DNA of 64,000 nucleotides from NCBI GenBank assembly GCA_965248925.1, contig CBDFLE010000006.1:5088001-5152000 (forward strand). Reading direction: 5' to 3'. The notes beneath the pieces were generated by a model. The model had not been told where the DNA came from and searched no databases. It saw nothing but the letters and a program-made list of their open reading frames with translations. Positions 9,255 to 18,226 of this stretch are shown here, in pieces. Source of the stretch: Candidatus Multivoradales bacterium. Its GTDB lineage: Bacteria; Acidobacteriota; Thermoanaerobaculia; Multivoradales; J023. The position numbers were made by a program, and so were the translations under genes. Numbering within the stretch: position 1 is the first letter of the stretch; every line of letters starts with the position of its first letter.

Positions 9255-9387
9255 GCCCGAGTCGGCGGCGATGGGCCGCGGGCAGCGGGGCCTGAGTATT
9301 CCGGCGGACTGGTCTAAAGACCTGGCCCGCGGGCCGGAGCTTGCCGGGCTTGGTCGGGGCGGATAGGCTGATTGCTGTCAGAGTCAA
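9255..9387. repeat. 133-bp intergenic direct repeat, copy 2
   Basis: Matches 7276-7408. Confidence 0.93.
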
Positions 9388-9500
9388 GTTCTTCCACTCC
9401 GCATGCCTGAACATCTAGCACCTGGTGACCTCGCGCCCTGCGAGTGACCGGGAAAGAACTCCCTGACAGTGCGGGCGTCCGCGCCCTGGGGGATCGAGTC

Positions 9501-10700
9501 ATGGTGGCGAAAAGAAGCTGGAAGAGAGCCCTGCTGCCCGCCCTGGGCAAGCTGACGCTGCTGGCAGTCGGCTTCGGCGTAGGGTTGTTGATCGCAGAAG
9601 TTGGAGTGCGGCTGATCGCTCCCCAAGCACTCTGGCAATGGCATCCCGGACCCTTCGTTGAAGACGGCGAAGGATTCTTTCGTTTGCGCCCTGGGCTGCA
9701 CAGTGAGTCGAAGAACCGGGTCGAATTCGAGCACCAGGTGGAGGTCAACGCGGCGGGACTGCGGGGACCCGAGCTGGAGGCCAAGGCTGCGGGGGAATGC
9801 CGCATCCTGGCAATTGGCGATTCCTTCACCTTTGGGGTTGGTGTCGAGGGTGCCGAGGTCTTCCATCAGCAAGCAGCGCTGAGGCTCCGCCAGCAGGGAG
9901 TCTCGGCGACCACTCTCAACGGCGGTATTCCGGCGATTGGTGTACCGCAGGCAGTTCGCTGGCTGCGCCGACACGGGTTGAAGACCGAGCCCGATGTGGT
10001 GTTGCTCTCGTTCTTTGTCGGCAACGATCTGCAGGATGCCAGCTCACGGAACGAATGGGTGATCGACGAAGGACAGCTGGTGATTGGCGCGCGGACCAAG
10101 GGGTGGAAGCGATGGTTCTATCGCAACTCCCATCTCTACGTGCTGTTGAAGAAGTCGCTTTCCGCCAGGCTGCTGGCGCGGTTTGGGCTGCGGGAGCCTT
10201 GGAGTCTGCGCAGTGCGCGAGATAGTTTCGCGGTGTACCAACTGGCTCCGTCGCAGTTGATCGAAGAGGGGCTGCGAAATACCGACCTGGCTCTCACCGA
10301 ATTGGTCGAGCTAGCAGAGGCACATGGTTTTCGGCTAGTTGCGATGCTGATTCCAGACATTCTCCAAGTGGATGACCAGCGTTGGCAGTCGGCTTTGCGG
10401 CAGCTTGAGCTAGCGCCGGCGGATTATCATCCGCGGCGGCCGAGCACAATTCTGCAAGATCTGTTCGCCAGCCATCAGATTCCGTTTCACGACCTGACAG
10501 ATGCTTTCGATGCTGGCTTCGATGCTGGCGAGGCGCTCTACTTTCCAATCGACCGTCATTGGACACCAGCCGGACACCGGCTGGCGGCAGCGGAAATTGT
10601 CGACCAATTGCTCGTGGCAAACGAGGTTTGCAGCTCAGCCGCAAGCGCTGCCGAAGCGCCAGTAGGTCAGGAGCCTCCGGTCAGCGACTCGACTGGCTGA
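9501..10700 (+). CDS. SGNH/GDSL hydrolase family protein (AlgJ/AlgX-like), membrane-anchored
   Basis: TM anchor, ILAIGDSFTFG, FFVGNDL, IDRHWTPAGH. Alternative start GTG 9444. Confidence 0.85.
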   Translation: MVAKRSWKRALLPALGKLTLLAVGFGVGLLIAEVGVRLIAPQALWQWHPGPFVEDGEGFFRLRPGLHSESKNRVEFEHQVEVNAAGLRGPELEAKAAGECRILAIGDSFTFGVGVEGAEVFHQQAALRLRQQGVSATTLNGGIPAIGVPQAVRWLRRHGLKTEPDVVLLSFFVGNDLQDASSRNEWVIDEGQLVIGARTKGWKRWFYRNSHLYVLLKKSLSARLLARFGLREPWSLRSARDSFAVYQLAPSQLIEEGLRNTDLALTELVELAEAHGFRLVAMLIPDILQVDDQRWQSALRQLELAPADYHPRRPSTILQDLFASHQIPFHDLTDAFDAGFDAGEALYFPIDRHWTPAGHRLAAAEIVDQLLVANEVCSSAASAAEAPVGQEPPVSDSTG

Positions 10701-10915
10701 GGATGAAGGAGTTCGGGTTGTTGGCAATCTCCTCGGCGCCCAGGCCGGCTGTGGTGAGCAAACTCCCGACTGCCTTCTGCCCTACTCTGCTTGCTGCCCT
10801 TTCGCTCTCCCATTCCTCTTGATACGGAATTTGGCGTGCGCTGGAGCGGAAATCGTTCTCTGATAACCCGGCATGAATTCTGTGGGAAAGTGAAATTCTA
10901 CTAGTCAAGATATTC

Positions 10916-10943
10916 TTGCTCGAACGCCCGCCTTCGGTAGTCT
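10916..10943 (+). promoter_or_regulatory. Putative sigma-70 promoter of the hydroxylase (TTGCTC-N16-TAGTCT)
   Basis: AT-rich intergenic region; the TTCGGTAGyCTA segment is also kept upstream of the deleted paralogue (~7531). Confidence 0.4.
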
Positions 10944-10991
10944 AAGAGAAGAGCCGTTGGAGCCTTCCTTCTAGACCTTCTCGGAGATTTC

Positions 10992-12044
10992 ATGTCAGCC
11001 CCCAGCAACAAGCAGAAGAGTCTCAAGAGCCTCGGTAAGCTACGTCGGCGGTCGGTCCGCATCACGTCGAGTTCGTTGGTTGAGGAAGGGGCGATAGATC
11101 CAGGTCAGACCCTCCCCTGGAAGATTCACGCTACCCGACCCGATGTCAGCCTGCTGTCCTGGGCAGCGGACCACCGCGAGCATATTCGTGAGCTCGTCCT
11201 GCGCCACGGAGGGGTTCTTTTCCGCGGTTTCAAGGAACGTGGAGTAGAAGACTTCGAGAGCCTGATTGGCGTCGTCTCCGACAAGCTCTTGGAATACAAG
11301 GAGCGCTCTTCGCCGCGCAGTCAAGTCCAGGGCAACGTCTACACATCGACCGACTATCCGCCTGATCAGGAGATCTTTCTGCACAATGAGAACTCCTATC
11401 AAAGCGGTTGGCCGCAGAAGATTTTTTTCTTTTGCTTGCGGTCTGCGACAGAGGGGGGAGCGACGCCGCTAGCCGATTGCCGTCAGGTGTTTCAGCGGCT
11501 GGCGCCGGAGATTCGCCAGCGCTTTGATGATTTGGGTTGGATGTATGTGCGCAATTTCGGCGATGGCTTCGGCTTGTCGTGGCAAACAGTTTTCCAGACC
11601 GAGGATCGCGCGGTGGTCGAGGCCCATTGTCGTCGCAACGGAGTTGCGATCGAGTGGAAAGATGGGGGCCGGCTTCGTACCCGTGCCATCCGCCCGACGG
11701 CTTTGCGCCATCCGCAATCCGGCGAACTAACTTGGTTCAACCACGCGACGTTCTTCAACATCTCGACCTTGGCGCCGTCGATTCGTGAGGCTTTGCTGGG
11801 AGAATTCGCGATCGAGGACGTTCCCGCTCACACTTACTATGGCGACGGGACAGCGATCGAAAGCGAGGTTCTGGACGACTTGCGGCAGGCCTATAGCCAG
11901 GAAACTACCCGCTTCTCCTGGCAGGAAGGGGATCTGCTAATGCTCGACAACCTGACGGTAGCTCATGGCCGGGATTCTTTCGCCGGCGACCGCAAAGTGG
12001 TCGTCGGCATGGCCGAACCTGGTAGTTGGAGCGAGTTAGAGTGA
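10992..12044 (+). CDS. TauD/TfdA-family Fe(II)/2-oxoglutarate dioxygenase, SyrP-like NRPS beta-hydroxylase
   Basis: RSSPRSQV.GNVYTSTDYP, IFLHNENSY (HxE), WFNHA, DNLTVAHGR...RKV; GGAGA RBS. Confidence 0.92.
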   Translation: MSAPSNKQKSLKSLGKLRRRSVRITSSSLVEEGAIDPGQTLPWKIHATRPDVSLLSWAADHREHIRELVLRHGGVLFRGFKERGVEDFESLIGVVSDKLLEYKERSSPRSQVQGNVYTSTDYPPDQEIFLHNENSYQSGWPQKIFFFCLRSATEGGATPLADCRQVFQRLAPEIRQRFDDLGWMYVRNFGDGFGLSWQTVFQTEDRAVVEAHCRRNGVAIEWKDGGRLRTRAIRPTALRHPQSGELTWFNHATFFNISTLAPSIREALLGEFAIEDVPAHTYYGDGTAIESEVLDDLRQAYSQETTRFSWQEGDLLMLDNLTVAHGRDSFAGDRKVVVGMAEPGSWSELE

Positions 12045-13319
12045 GCTGGTGGGCTCTCCGGCCCCTTCTATAGCCAGGCGATGTAGTAGCTCAGCTGTCT
12101 CTTCAGCGGCTTCTTGATTGCCCTGCTGGCGATGGTAGCGCTCGAGCAAGACGGCGTCGGCGTGGGTCCAAACGCCGCCCTGGGCGAGGTGAATGTGGGC
12201 GAAGAGTTCTTCCACTCGGTCCTCGGCCCCTTGCTGGTCGAGCAAGAGGCGGATCAGCAAGCTGACCGATGGCAGGTGCAGCGAGCGTCCGCCACAGGCT
12301 CCCGAGCAGCAGCTGCGAACTTCGCTGTCGAGCAAGCTGATGGCCTCGGCTGGCCGCTCGAGACGGTCGAGGACCCCAGCTAGTCGTTGGGTGAAGTCCT
12401 GCTGGGCTGGGAAGCGGCGATGGGCGTTGGCGAGAAACTCGGCTGCTTCGGGCCAGCGCTCTGAACTTTGCAGAGCAGCGGCATAGGCGGCGGTGAGCGC
12501 CGGGTCGAAATGCTGTGGCGGGCTGATCTCGGCGAGCCGGGTCAGCACGGCTTCGGGTTCACCGGCGGCGAGTTGCGCTTCGCTCCACAGGGTGGGCAGA
12601 GACAGGGCGCCTGCGTGATCGAAGGGTTCGACTCCGAAGACCTCCCAAACAGCTTCGAAATCAGCCCGAGCCCCTACCCCATCTCCCTGCAGCAGCCGGC
12701 AACGGCCGCGTTCCAAGCGCAGGGCCGGCTCGCTCGGAAACTGCTCGCAGAGAACCTCGAGGGTTTCGGCAGCGGTGGCCGTGTCACCGGTATTGAGGGC
12801 AACCCAGGCGGGCCGAAAAGCTTCCGGCAGCCGTTGCCAGAGGCCGACCACCTCGTCGACTAACGAGTCGAGCAGGGCGTGGTAGTGAGCCTCGAATTCG
12901 ATCTCCGCCGCCGGTCGATCGTCGGCCGCGCGGTCGGCAAGGGCCTGCGCTTCGGTCGTGGCAGCGGCTTCCGCTTGCTCGTCGATCCGTCGCTGAAAAA
13001 TCCTAGCTCGCTGCTTCAAGGGGCGGCGGATGTCGATGTCCGAAGCTCGTTCCAGCGCCACCTGGGTGTAGTCCAGGGCCTCTTCCCAAAGTTCTGCTCG
13101 CTCGGCAACGTCGACCCGCTCGATGGCGATGGCAAGCAGCCGCGCGTCGGCCTGATCGGCGAGCTCGCGGGCGCGCTCTTGCAGCCGTCCTTCGCTGCGA
13201 TGCTCTACTCGCCGCGCCAGCGCCAACGCTCGCGATGGGTCGTCTCGCTTTAGCAATTCGCTGGCTTGCACCAGCAATGCCGCTGGATCGCGGCCAAACA
13301 ATCGTCCAAGAAGGCTCAT
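12036..13319 (-). CDS. Tetratricopeptide-repeat-like helical protein with a CCxxxC patch
   Basis: Ala/Leu/Glu-rich helical repeats (e.g. LRLERGRCRLLQGDGVGARADFEAV); RSCCSGACGG near the C-terminus; likely start MSLLGRLFG; divergent from the radical SAM operon. Confidence 0.7.
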   Translation of the reverse strand: MSLLGRLFGRDPAALLVQASELLKRDDPSRALALARRVEHRSEGRLQERARELADQADARLLAIAIERVDVAERAELWEEALDYTQVALERASDIDIRRPLKQRARIFQRRIDEQAEAAATTEAQALADRAADDRPAAEIEFEAHYHALLDSLVDEVVGLWQRLPEAFRPAWVALNTGDTATAAETLEVLCEQFPSEPALRLERGRCRLLQGDGVGARADFEAVWEVFGVEPFDHAGALSLPTLWSEAQLAAGEPEAVLTRLAEISPPQHFDPALTAAYAAALQSSERWPEAAEFLANAHRRFPAQQDFTQRLAGVLDRLERPAEAISLLDSEVRSCCSGACGGRSLHLPSVSLLIRLLLDQQGAEDRVEELFAHIHLAQGGVWTHADAVLLERYHRQQGNQEAAEETAELLHRLAIEGAGEPTSSL

Positions 13320-13606
13320 CGATCTGGATCTCCAAGGTAAGCGAGAGGTTTGCTCTGGCAGCGACAATAGTGCTGCTGGCTGGCCTTTACAACAATTTTA
13401 CCCGGCCGGGTTCGGCCGTCGCCGAGGCCGCAAAGAGTATGACCAGTGCGCCTCACCGCAGCATTTCGAGGTCTGGGAGGAAGTAGCCGCTGGCTGACGC
13501 CGAGGATTGTAAGCAGCGGTGGCAGAACTCCGGCCGAGGAGTCTGCGTAGCAGCTGGTATCGTCCGCCAGTGGCCTGATTCCAACCCCTCCCAAGGAGCC
13601 CATATC

Positions 13607-14911
13607 GTGACGTCTTTGGCCCGGTCTGTGCCCCAGTCCAATCCGATCTCCGAGTCTGCCGCAGAATCGCCCTATCGGCACGAGGCTCCCCGGCGTTCGT
13701 TTCTGCGCGAGCAGGCTACCTTGGCGCGTTTGGCTTGGCGGACTCTCACCGAGATCTCCCCCCGAGCACTGCTCAAGATGCTCTACCTCTATGCCGGCAA
13801 AGGGGCGGCGGCGGTGTGGGCTTACAAACGGCGATTGGCCAAGGGCGAGCTGTACCCGCCTTTCTTGTTCATCGCCGTCACCAACACCTGCAATCTGCGC
13901 TGCCACGGCTGCTGGGTCGAGAAGGAAGGGCAAGCTCATTTCCTCACCGACCAAGATCTCGACCGGATGATCGTCAGCGGCAAGCGGCAGAAGTCCTACT
14001 TCTACACCCTGCTCGGTGGTGAGCCCTACCTGTTCAAGGGCATTTGGGAAGTCTTTGAGCGGCATTCGGATTGCTATTTCCAGACCATCACCAACGGCAT
14101 GTTGTTCACCGACGAGAATGTCGCCAGGCTGCGGCGCACTGGCAACGTGACGCCGCTGATCAGCCTCGACGGGTTCGAGTCGCAGAATGATTTGCGTCGT
14201 GGTGAAGGAGTGTGGGACGCGGCCCTCGCCGGCATGGAGCGGTTGCGGAAAGCGAAGCTCTTTTACGGCGTGGCGACCACCGCGACGGCGCTGAACATGG
14301 AAGAGGTCATGTCGGACGACTACGTGAACTTCTTTATTGAACGCGGCGCCATGTATCTCTGGTATTACGTCTACCGGCCGATGAGTCCCGAGCCGCACAC
14401 CGAGTACTGCGTCAGCGAAGAGCAGTTGCTGTGGATGCGGCGTCGCCTGCTGGAATTGCGCCGCCGTCACCCGATTCTGATTATCGACACCTACTGGACC
14501 GCTGATGGCGAGGCGTTTTGCCCGGCGGCCACCGGCCTAGGCTTTCACATCGGGCCGCAGGGATCGGTGGAGATCTGCCCGGCCCTGTCTTTCGCCACCG
14601 CCACCGTGCGTGGTGAGCGGGAAGACCTTTATGACACCTTCAACGGCAGCGATTTCTTGCGCGGTTTTCAGGGCTTCGTCAAAGAGCGCACCAAGGGCTG
14701 CGTGATTCTCGAGCATCCGCAAGAGCTGCGCGACTACATCGAAGACGCTGGCGCTCGGGACTACAGTGGGCGCGGCACCGCTTTCTCCGAACTCGGCGCG
14801 CTGTCGCCGCGGCATAGCCACCACCTGCCGGGGCGTGAGATACCCGAGGATTTCTGGTTTTATCGGTTGCTCAAGAAGAACGTATTCTTCGGCATGGGCG
14901 CCAACGGGTGA
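13607..14911 (+). CDS. Radical SAM enzyme with C-terminal twitch/SPASM-like cysteines
   Basis: CNLRCHGC, LGGEP, TNG, ISLDG; later FCPAATG...EICP...KGC; AAGGAG RBS before GTG. Confidence 0.92.
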   Translation: MTSLARSVPQSNPISESAAESPYRHEAPRRSFLREQATLARLAWRTLTEISPRALLKMLYLYAGKGAAAVWAYKRRLAKGELYPPFLFIAVTNTCNLRCHGCWVEKEGQAHFLTDQDLDRMIVSGKRQKSYFYTLLGGEPYLFKGIWEVFERHSDCYFQTITNGMLFTDENVARLRRTGNVTPLISLDGFESQNDLRRGEGVWDAALAGMERLRKAKLFYGVATTATALNMEEVMSDDYVNFFIERGAMYLWYYVYRPMSPEPHTEYCVSEEQLLWMRRRLLELRRRHPILIIDTYWTADGEAFCPAATGLGFHIGPQGSVEICPALSFATATVRGEREDLYDTFNGSDFLRGFQGFVKERTKGCVILEHPQELRDYIEDAGARDYSGRGTAFSELGALSPRHSHHLPGREIPEDFWFYRLLKKNVFFGMGANG

Positions 14912-16119
14912 GGGGTGATTCCGAGCCGGTGATCTACCTCGATCACCACGCCACGACCCCCTGTGATCCGCGGGTTCTTGAGGCCATGTTGCCGTATTTC
15001 ACGGAGAACTTTGGCAATCCATCGAGCACCCAGCATGCCTATGGTCGTCGTGCGGAGGCGGTGGTGGCGGCGGCGCGAGCCGAAGTAGCGGCGCTGATCG
15101 GTGCCAGAGCGAGCGAGATCGTCTTCACCTCGGGAGCCACCGAGGCCGACAATCTGGCTCTCTTCGGGGTGGTCGCGGCAAGCCGCTCGCGGGGACGCCA
15201 TGTCATCACCCAAGTGACCGAGCATCGGGCGGTGCTCGACGCCTGTGGCGAGCTCGAGCGCCAGGGCTGCGAAGTGACCTATCTGGTGGTGGAGTCTGAC
15301 GGTCGGGTAGATCCAGATCGAGTCGCGGCGGCTTTGCGATCCGACACAGTTCTGGTGTCGATCATGCTGGCCAACAACGAGATTGGAACGCTACAGCCGA
15401 TCGCTGAGATCGCCGCCCGCTGTCGCCGCCAGGGCGTACCGCTGCACACCGATGCGGCCCAAGCCCTGGCGCTAGTCGATTGCCACCTAGAGAGCCTAGG
15501 GGTGGATCTGATGTCCTTTTCGGCCCACAAGGCTTATGGCCCCAAGGGTATCGGCGCTCTCTATGTGCGCCGTCGCCAACCGCGAGTGCGGCTGCTGGCG
15601 CGGCAATTCGGCGGCGGCCATGAGCGAGGCCGTCGCTCTGGAACTCTCGACGTACCTTCCATCGTTGGTCTGGCCACTGCTAGTTCTCTGGTGACCGCGG
15701 AGCGTGACAGCGATGCCCGACGCCTGGCCGGCTTGCGGCAGCGCTTACTTTCGGGGTTGCGTCGAGCGCTTCCGGGAGTTGAGGTCAACGGTTCGCTCGA
15801 GCATCGATTGGCCAATAATCTCAATGTCAGTTTACCCGGGATTCATGCCGATCTCGTGCTGCAGGAAGTCTCGGGGGTGGCGTTTTCGAGTGGCGCCGCG
15901 TGTACCTCGCCAGCAGGTTCAAGTTCTCATGTGTTGGCGGCTCTGCCGGAGGGGCGCCAGCGGGCGGATAGGGCGCTGCGGTTCGGCTTGGGTCGTGGCA
16001 CCACCGCTGGCCAGATCGATGCTGCGGTGGCTGAGATAGCCAGGGCTGCCAGCGCGGTGGGGAGCCGGCCACTGGCAGCGGAAGAATCCTGTGCGGTAGC
16101 CGTCTGTGAGGTGCTGTAG
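14908..16119 (+). CDS. IscS/NifS-type (group I) cysteine desulfurase
   Basis: IYLDHHATTP, FTSGATE, NNEIG, HTDAAQ, SAHKAYGPKG (PLP Lys), SSGAACTS (catalytic Cys). Confidence 0.95.
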   Translation: MRGDSEPVIYLDHHATTPCDPRVLEAMLPYFTENFGNPSSTQHAYGRRAEAVVAAARAEVAALIGARASEIVFTSGATEADNLALFGVVAASRSRGRHVITQVTEHRAVLDACGELERQGCEVTYLVVESDGRVDPDRVAAALRSDTVLVSIMLANNEIGTLQPIAEIAARCRRQGVPLHTDAAQALALVDCHLESLGVDLMSFSAHKAYGPKGIGALYVRRRQPRVRLLARQFGGGHERGRRSGTLDVPSIVGLATASSLVTAERDSDARRLAGLRQRLLSGLRRALPGVEVNGSLEHRLANNLNVSLPGIHADLVLQEVSGVAFSSGAACTSPAGSSSHVLAALPEGRQRADRALRFGLGRGTTAGQIDAAVAEIARAASAVGSRPLAAEESCAVAVCEVL

Positions 16120-16650
16120 TTGAGAGACACGGTGAAGTTCAACAGCTTAGTGCCGTCGGAAGACCTGCCGCCGAAAAACCTACGACCGCGAGACTTCGTT
16201 CGCTTTCGCCGGCACCGGTTTGTCGCCAAATTCCCCCGCTCCTACCGCTACAGCCCGGCCCACTTCTGGCTCTGCGAAGACGAGGGCGTGCAACACATCG
16301 GCCTCACCCATTTCGCCACCCGGATGCTGGGGGAGATTGTTGAATTCGACTTCGAAACCAAACCCGGCAATGCAGTCGAGGATGGGCAGGTGATTGGCTG
16401 GATCGAAGGCATGAAAGCGGTGACCGATCTTTTCTGTGTGGCGCGCGGCAGCTTCGCCGGGGTCAACTCGACCGCCCTCGACGACCCCGAGTTGGTGTGC
16501 AAAGACCCCTATGGATATGGCTGGCTTTACGCCGTTCACGGCCAGCCCGGCACCGGCACTCTGGATCTCGACCAATACCTCGAAATGCTCGGCGAGACGA
16601 TCGACGCGATGGAGGAGCAGCCTTGGAAAACACCGCAGATGGCGACTTGA
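16120..16650 (+). CDS. Glycine-cleavage-H-like lipoyl carrier protein
   Basis: YRYSPAHFWL, IGLTHFATRMLGEIV, IEGMKAVTD (lipoyl Lys position), DPYGYGWL. Exact start uncertain (TTG 16120 or GTG 16132). Confidence 0.88.
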   Translation: MRDTVKFNSLVPSEDLPPKNLRPRDFVRFRRHRFVAKFPRSYRYSPAHFWLCEDEGVQHIGLTHFATRMLGEIVEFDFETKPGNAVEDGQVIGWIEGMKAVTDLFCVARGSFAGVNSTALDDPELVCKDPYGYGWLYAVHGQPGTGTLDLDQYLEMLGETIDAMEEQPWKTPQMAT

Positions 16651-17840
16651 GTCGCAGCCTGAAGAGCGCCGCCAACCTCACCGCCAACCGCGCTGCTAAG
16701 GCACCGCGGGCGCGCTACATGATGATCGGTGGCTTTCTCGGCGCCGGTAAGTCCACCGCTGTTGGTCAGCTGGCCCGGAGGTTCACCGAGCGGGGGATTC
16801 GGGTCGGTCTGATCACCAACGATCAAGGCCGTGGCCTGGTGGATAGCCGCAGCCTCAGACACCAAGGCTTCGCCGTGGAAGAGATCGCTGGCGGTTGTTT
16901 CTGCTGCCGTTTCGATTCGTTGAAGGGCGCCGCCGACCGCTTGACCAAGCAGCAGCGTCCTGAGGTCTTCATTGCCGAGCCGGTCGGTAGCTGTACCGAT
17001 CTGGTGGCGACGGTCAGCTATCCGCTGCGCCGCCTTTATGGCGACCGCTTCGCTATTGCCCCTCTTTCCGTGTTGGTCGATCCGCTGCGGGCGGCGCGGG
17101 TACTGGGGATCGAAGAAGGGCGGAAATTCTCCGCCAAAGTGCGTTACGTCTATCTCAAGCAGCTCGAAGAAGCGCATGTGCTGGTGATCAACAAGATCGA
17201 CTTATTGGACGATCTCAAGCGCCGGGCTTTACGCCGCGAACTTGCCGAGCGCTTTCCCACCGCACGGATCTTCGAAGTCTCGGCCCGCCAGGGAGCGGGT
17301 CTCGAAAAGTGGTTCGAGTATCTAGAGCAGAACTCCATCCCCAGTTCGCCGACCCTGGAGATCGATTATCAGCGCTATGGCGAGGGCGAAGCTCTGCTCG
17401 GCTGGCTCAACGGCACCCTCAGGCTGCGGGCTGATCAAGAACTCGACGGCAATGCCTGGACCGTGGCCTTCGCCCGTCGCTTGCAGCAGCGGCTGCTGGC
17501 CGAAGAGGTTGAAGTTGCCCACTTGAAGATGACCCTATCGCCGCTGGCCGAGGCCGGCAGTAGGGATGCCAACAGTGAAGACGAGGAAGTGCTGCCCGGC
17601 GATTTGGCCCTGGTCAACCTGGTTAACAACGACTTCGTTCCCGAAATCTCAGAGCGGTTGGCCGCGCCGTTGCGCCATGGGCAGTTAGTGGTCAATCTGC
17701 GTGCCGAGGCCGCGCCGGCAATCCTCCTGCGGGCTTTCGAAGCGGTGATCGATGGGCGCCCAGAGTTGCGCTTGGAACATGTCGAATGCTTCGAACCGGG
17801 ACAGCCGCGACCCACTCACCGGATGACTTTTGGGAGCTGA
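16647..17840 (+). CDS. CobW/COG0523 (G3E) metallochaperone GTPase
   Basis: GGFLGAGKS Walker A, ITND, GGCFCC (CxCC), EPVG, INKID; TTG 16647 overlaps the upstream stop. Confidence 0.9.
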   Translation: MSRSLKSAANLTANRAAKAPRARYMMIGGFLGAGKSTAVGQLARRFTERGIRVGLITNDQGRGLVDSRSLRHQGFAVEEIAGGCFCCRFDSLKGAADRLTKQQRPEVFIAEPVGSCTDLVATVSYPLRRLYGDRFAIAPLSVLVDPLRAARVLGIEEGRKFSAKVRYVYLKQLEEAHVLVINKIDLLDDLKRRALRRELAERFPTARIFEVSARQGAGLEKWFEYLEQNSIPSSPTLEIDYQRYGEGEALLGWLNGTLRLRADQELDGNAWTVAFARRLQQRLLAEEVEVAHLKMTLSPLAEAGSRDANSEDEEVLPGDLALVNLVNNDFVPEISERLAAPLRHGQLVVNLRAEAAPAILLRAFEAVIDGRPELRLEHVECFEPGQPRPTHRMTFGS

Positions 17841-17845
17841 CCAGA

Positions 17846-18226
17846 ATGGAAACCACGGCAGCCAACTCAGCTGAACGGCGCATTCTTTACTGCCACTGCG
17901 CCTTCTCGCGGGTGGTGAAGGAGGAGGTGAAATCGGCGGTATTCGCTGGCCTGGCCAGCTCGGGCCAAGCCTTCGACGCCGTGCCCGATCTCTGCGAATT
18001 GGCCGCCAGGCAAGATCCGGCGCTACATCGACTGGCCGCCGGCCGCCGGCCGGTCGAAATCGTCGCCTGCTACCCGCGAGCGGTGCGTTGGCTGTTTCAT
18101 GCCGCGGAGGCTGATCTACCCGAGGACAATGTGCGGATTCACAACATGCGGGCCGAGGAGTCGACCACTATTCTCGAGCGCTTGCTCAAAGAAGACAGCC
18201 TCGCCGACCCGGAGACTAGAGGTTGA
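17846..18226 (+). CDS. Small Cys protein resembling the heterodisulfide reductase A N-terminal Fe-S domain
   Basis: ILYCHCA...DLC...IVACYPR...HNMR parallels HdrA VCHCG...C...VAACSPR...NIRE (similarity judged by eye). Confidence 0.6.
   Translation: METTAANSAERRILYCHCAFSRVVKEEVKSAVFAGLASSGQAFDAVPDLCELAARQDPALHRLAAGRRPVEIVACYPRAVRWLFHAAEADLPEDNVRIHNMRAEESTTILERLLKEDSLADPETRG

Noticed and set aside
13316-14470. 384-aa minus-strand ORF and the many other antisense or alternate-frame ORFs
   Set aside because: Shadow ORFs of GC-rich coding sequence that overlap well-supported genes and have no motifs.
13607-14911. HpnH, LipA or another named radical SAM enzyme
   Set aside because: No LipA N-terminal CX4CX5C motif and no features I can tie to HpnH; left unnamed.
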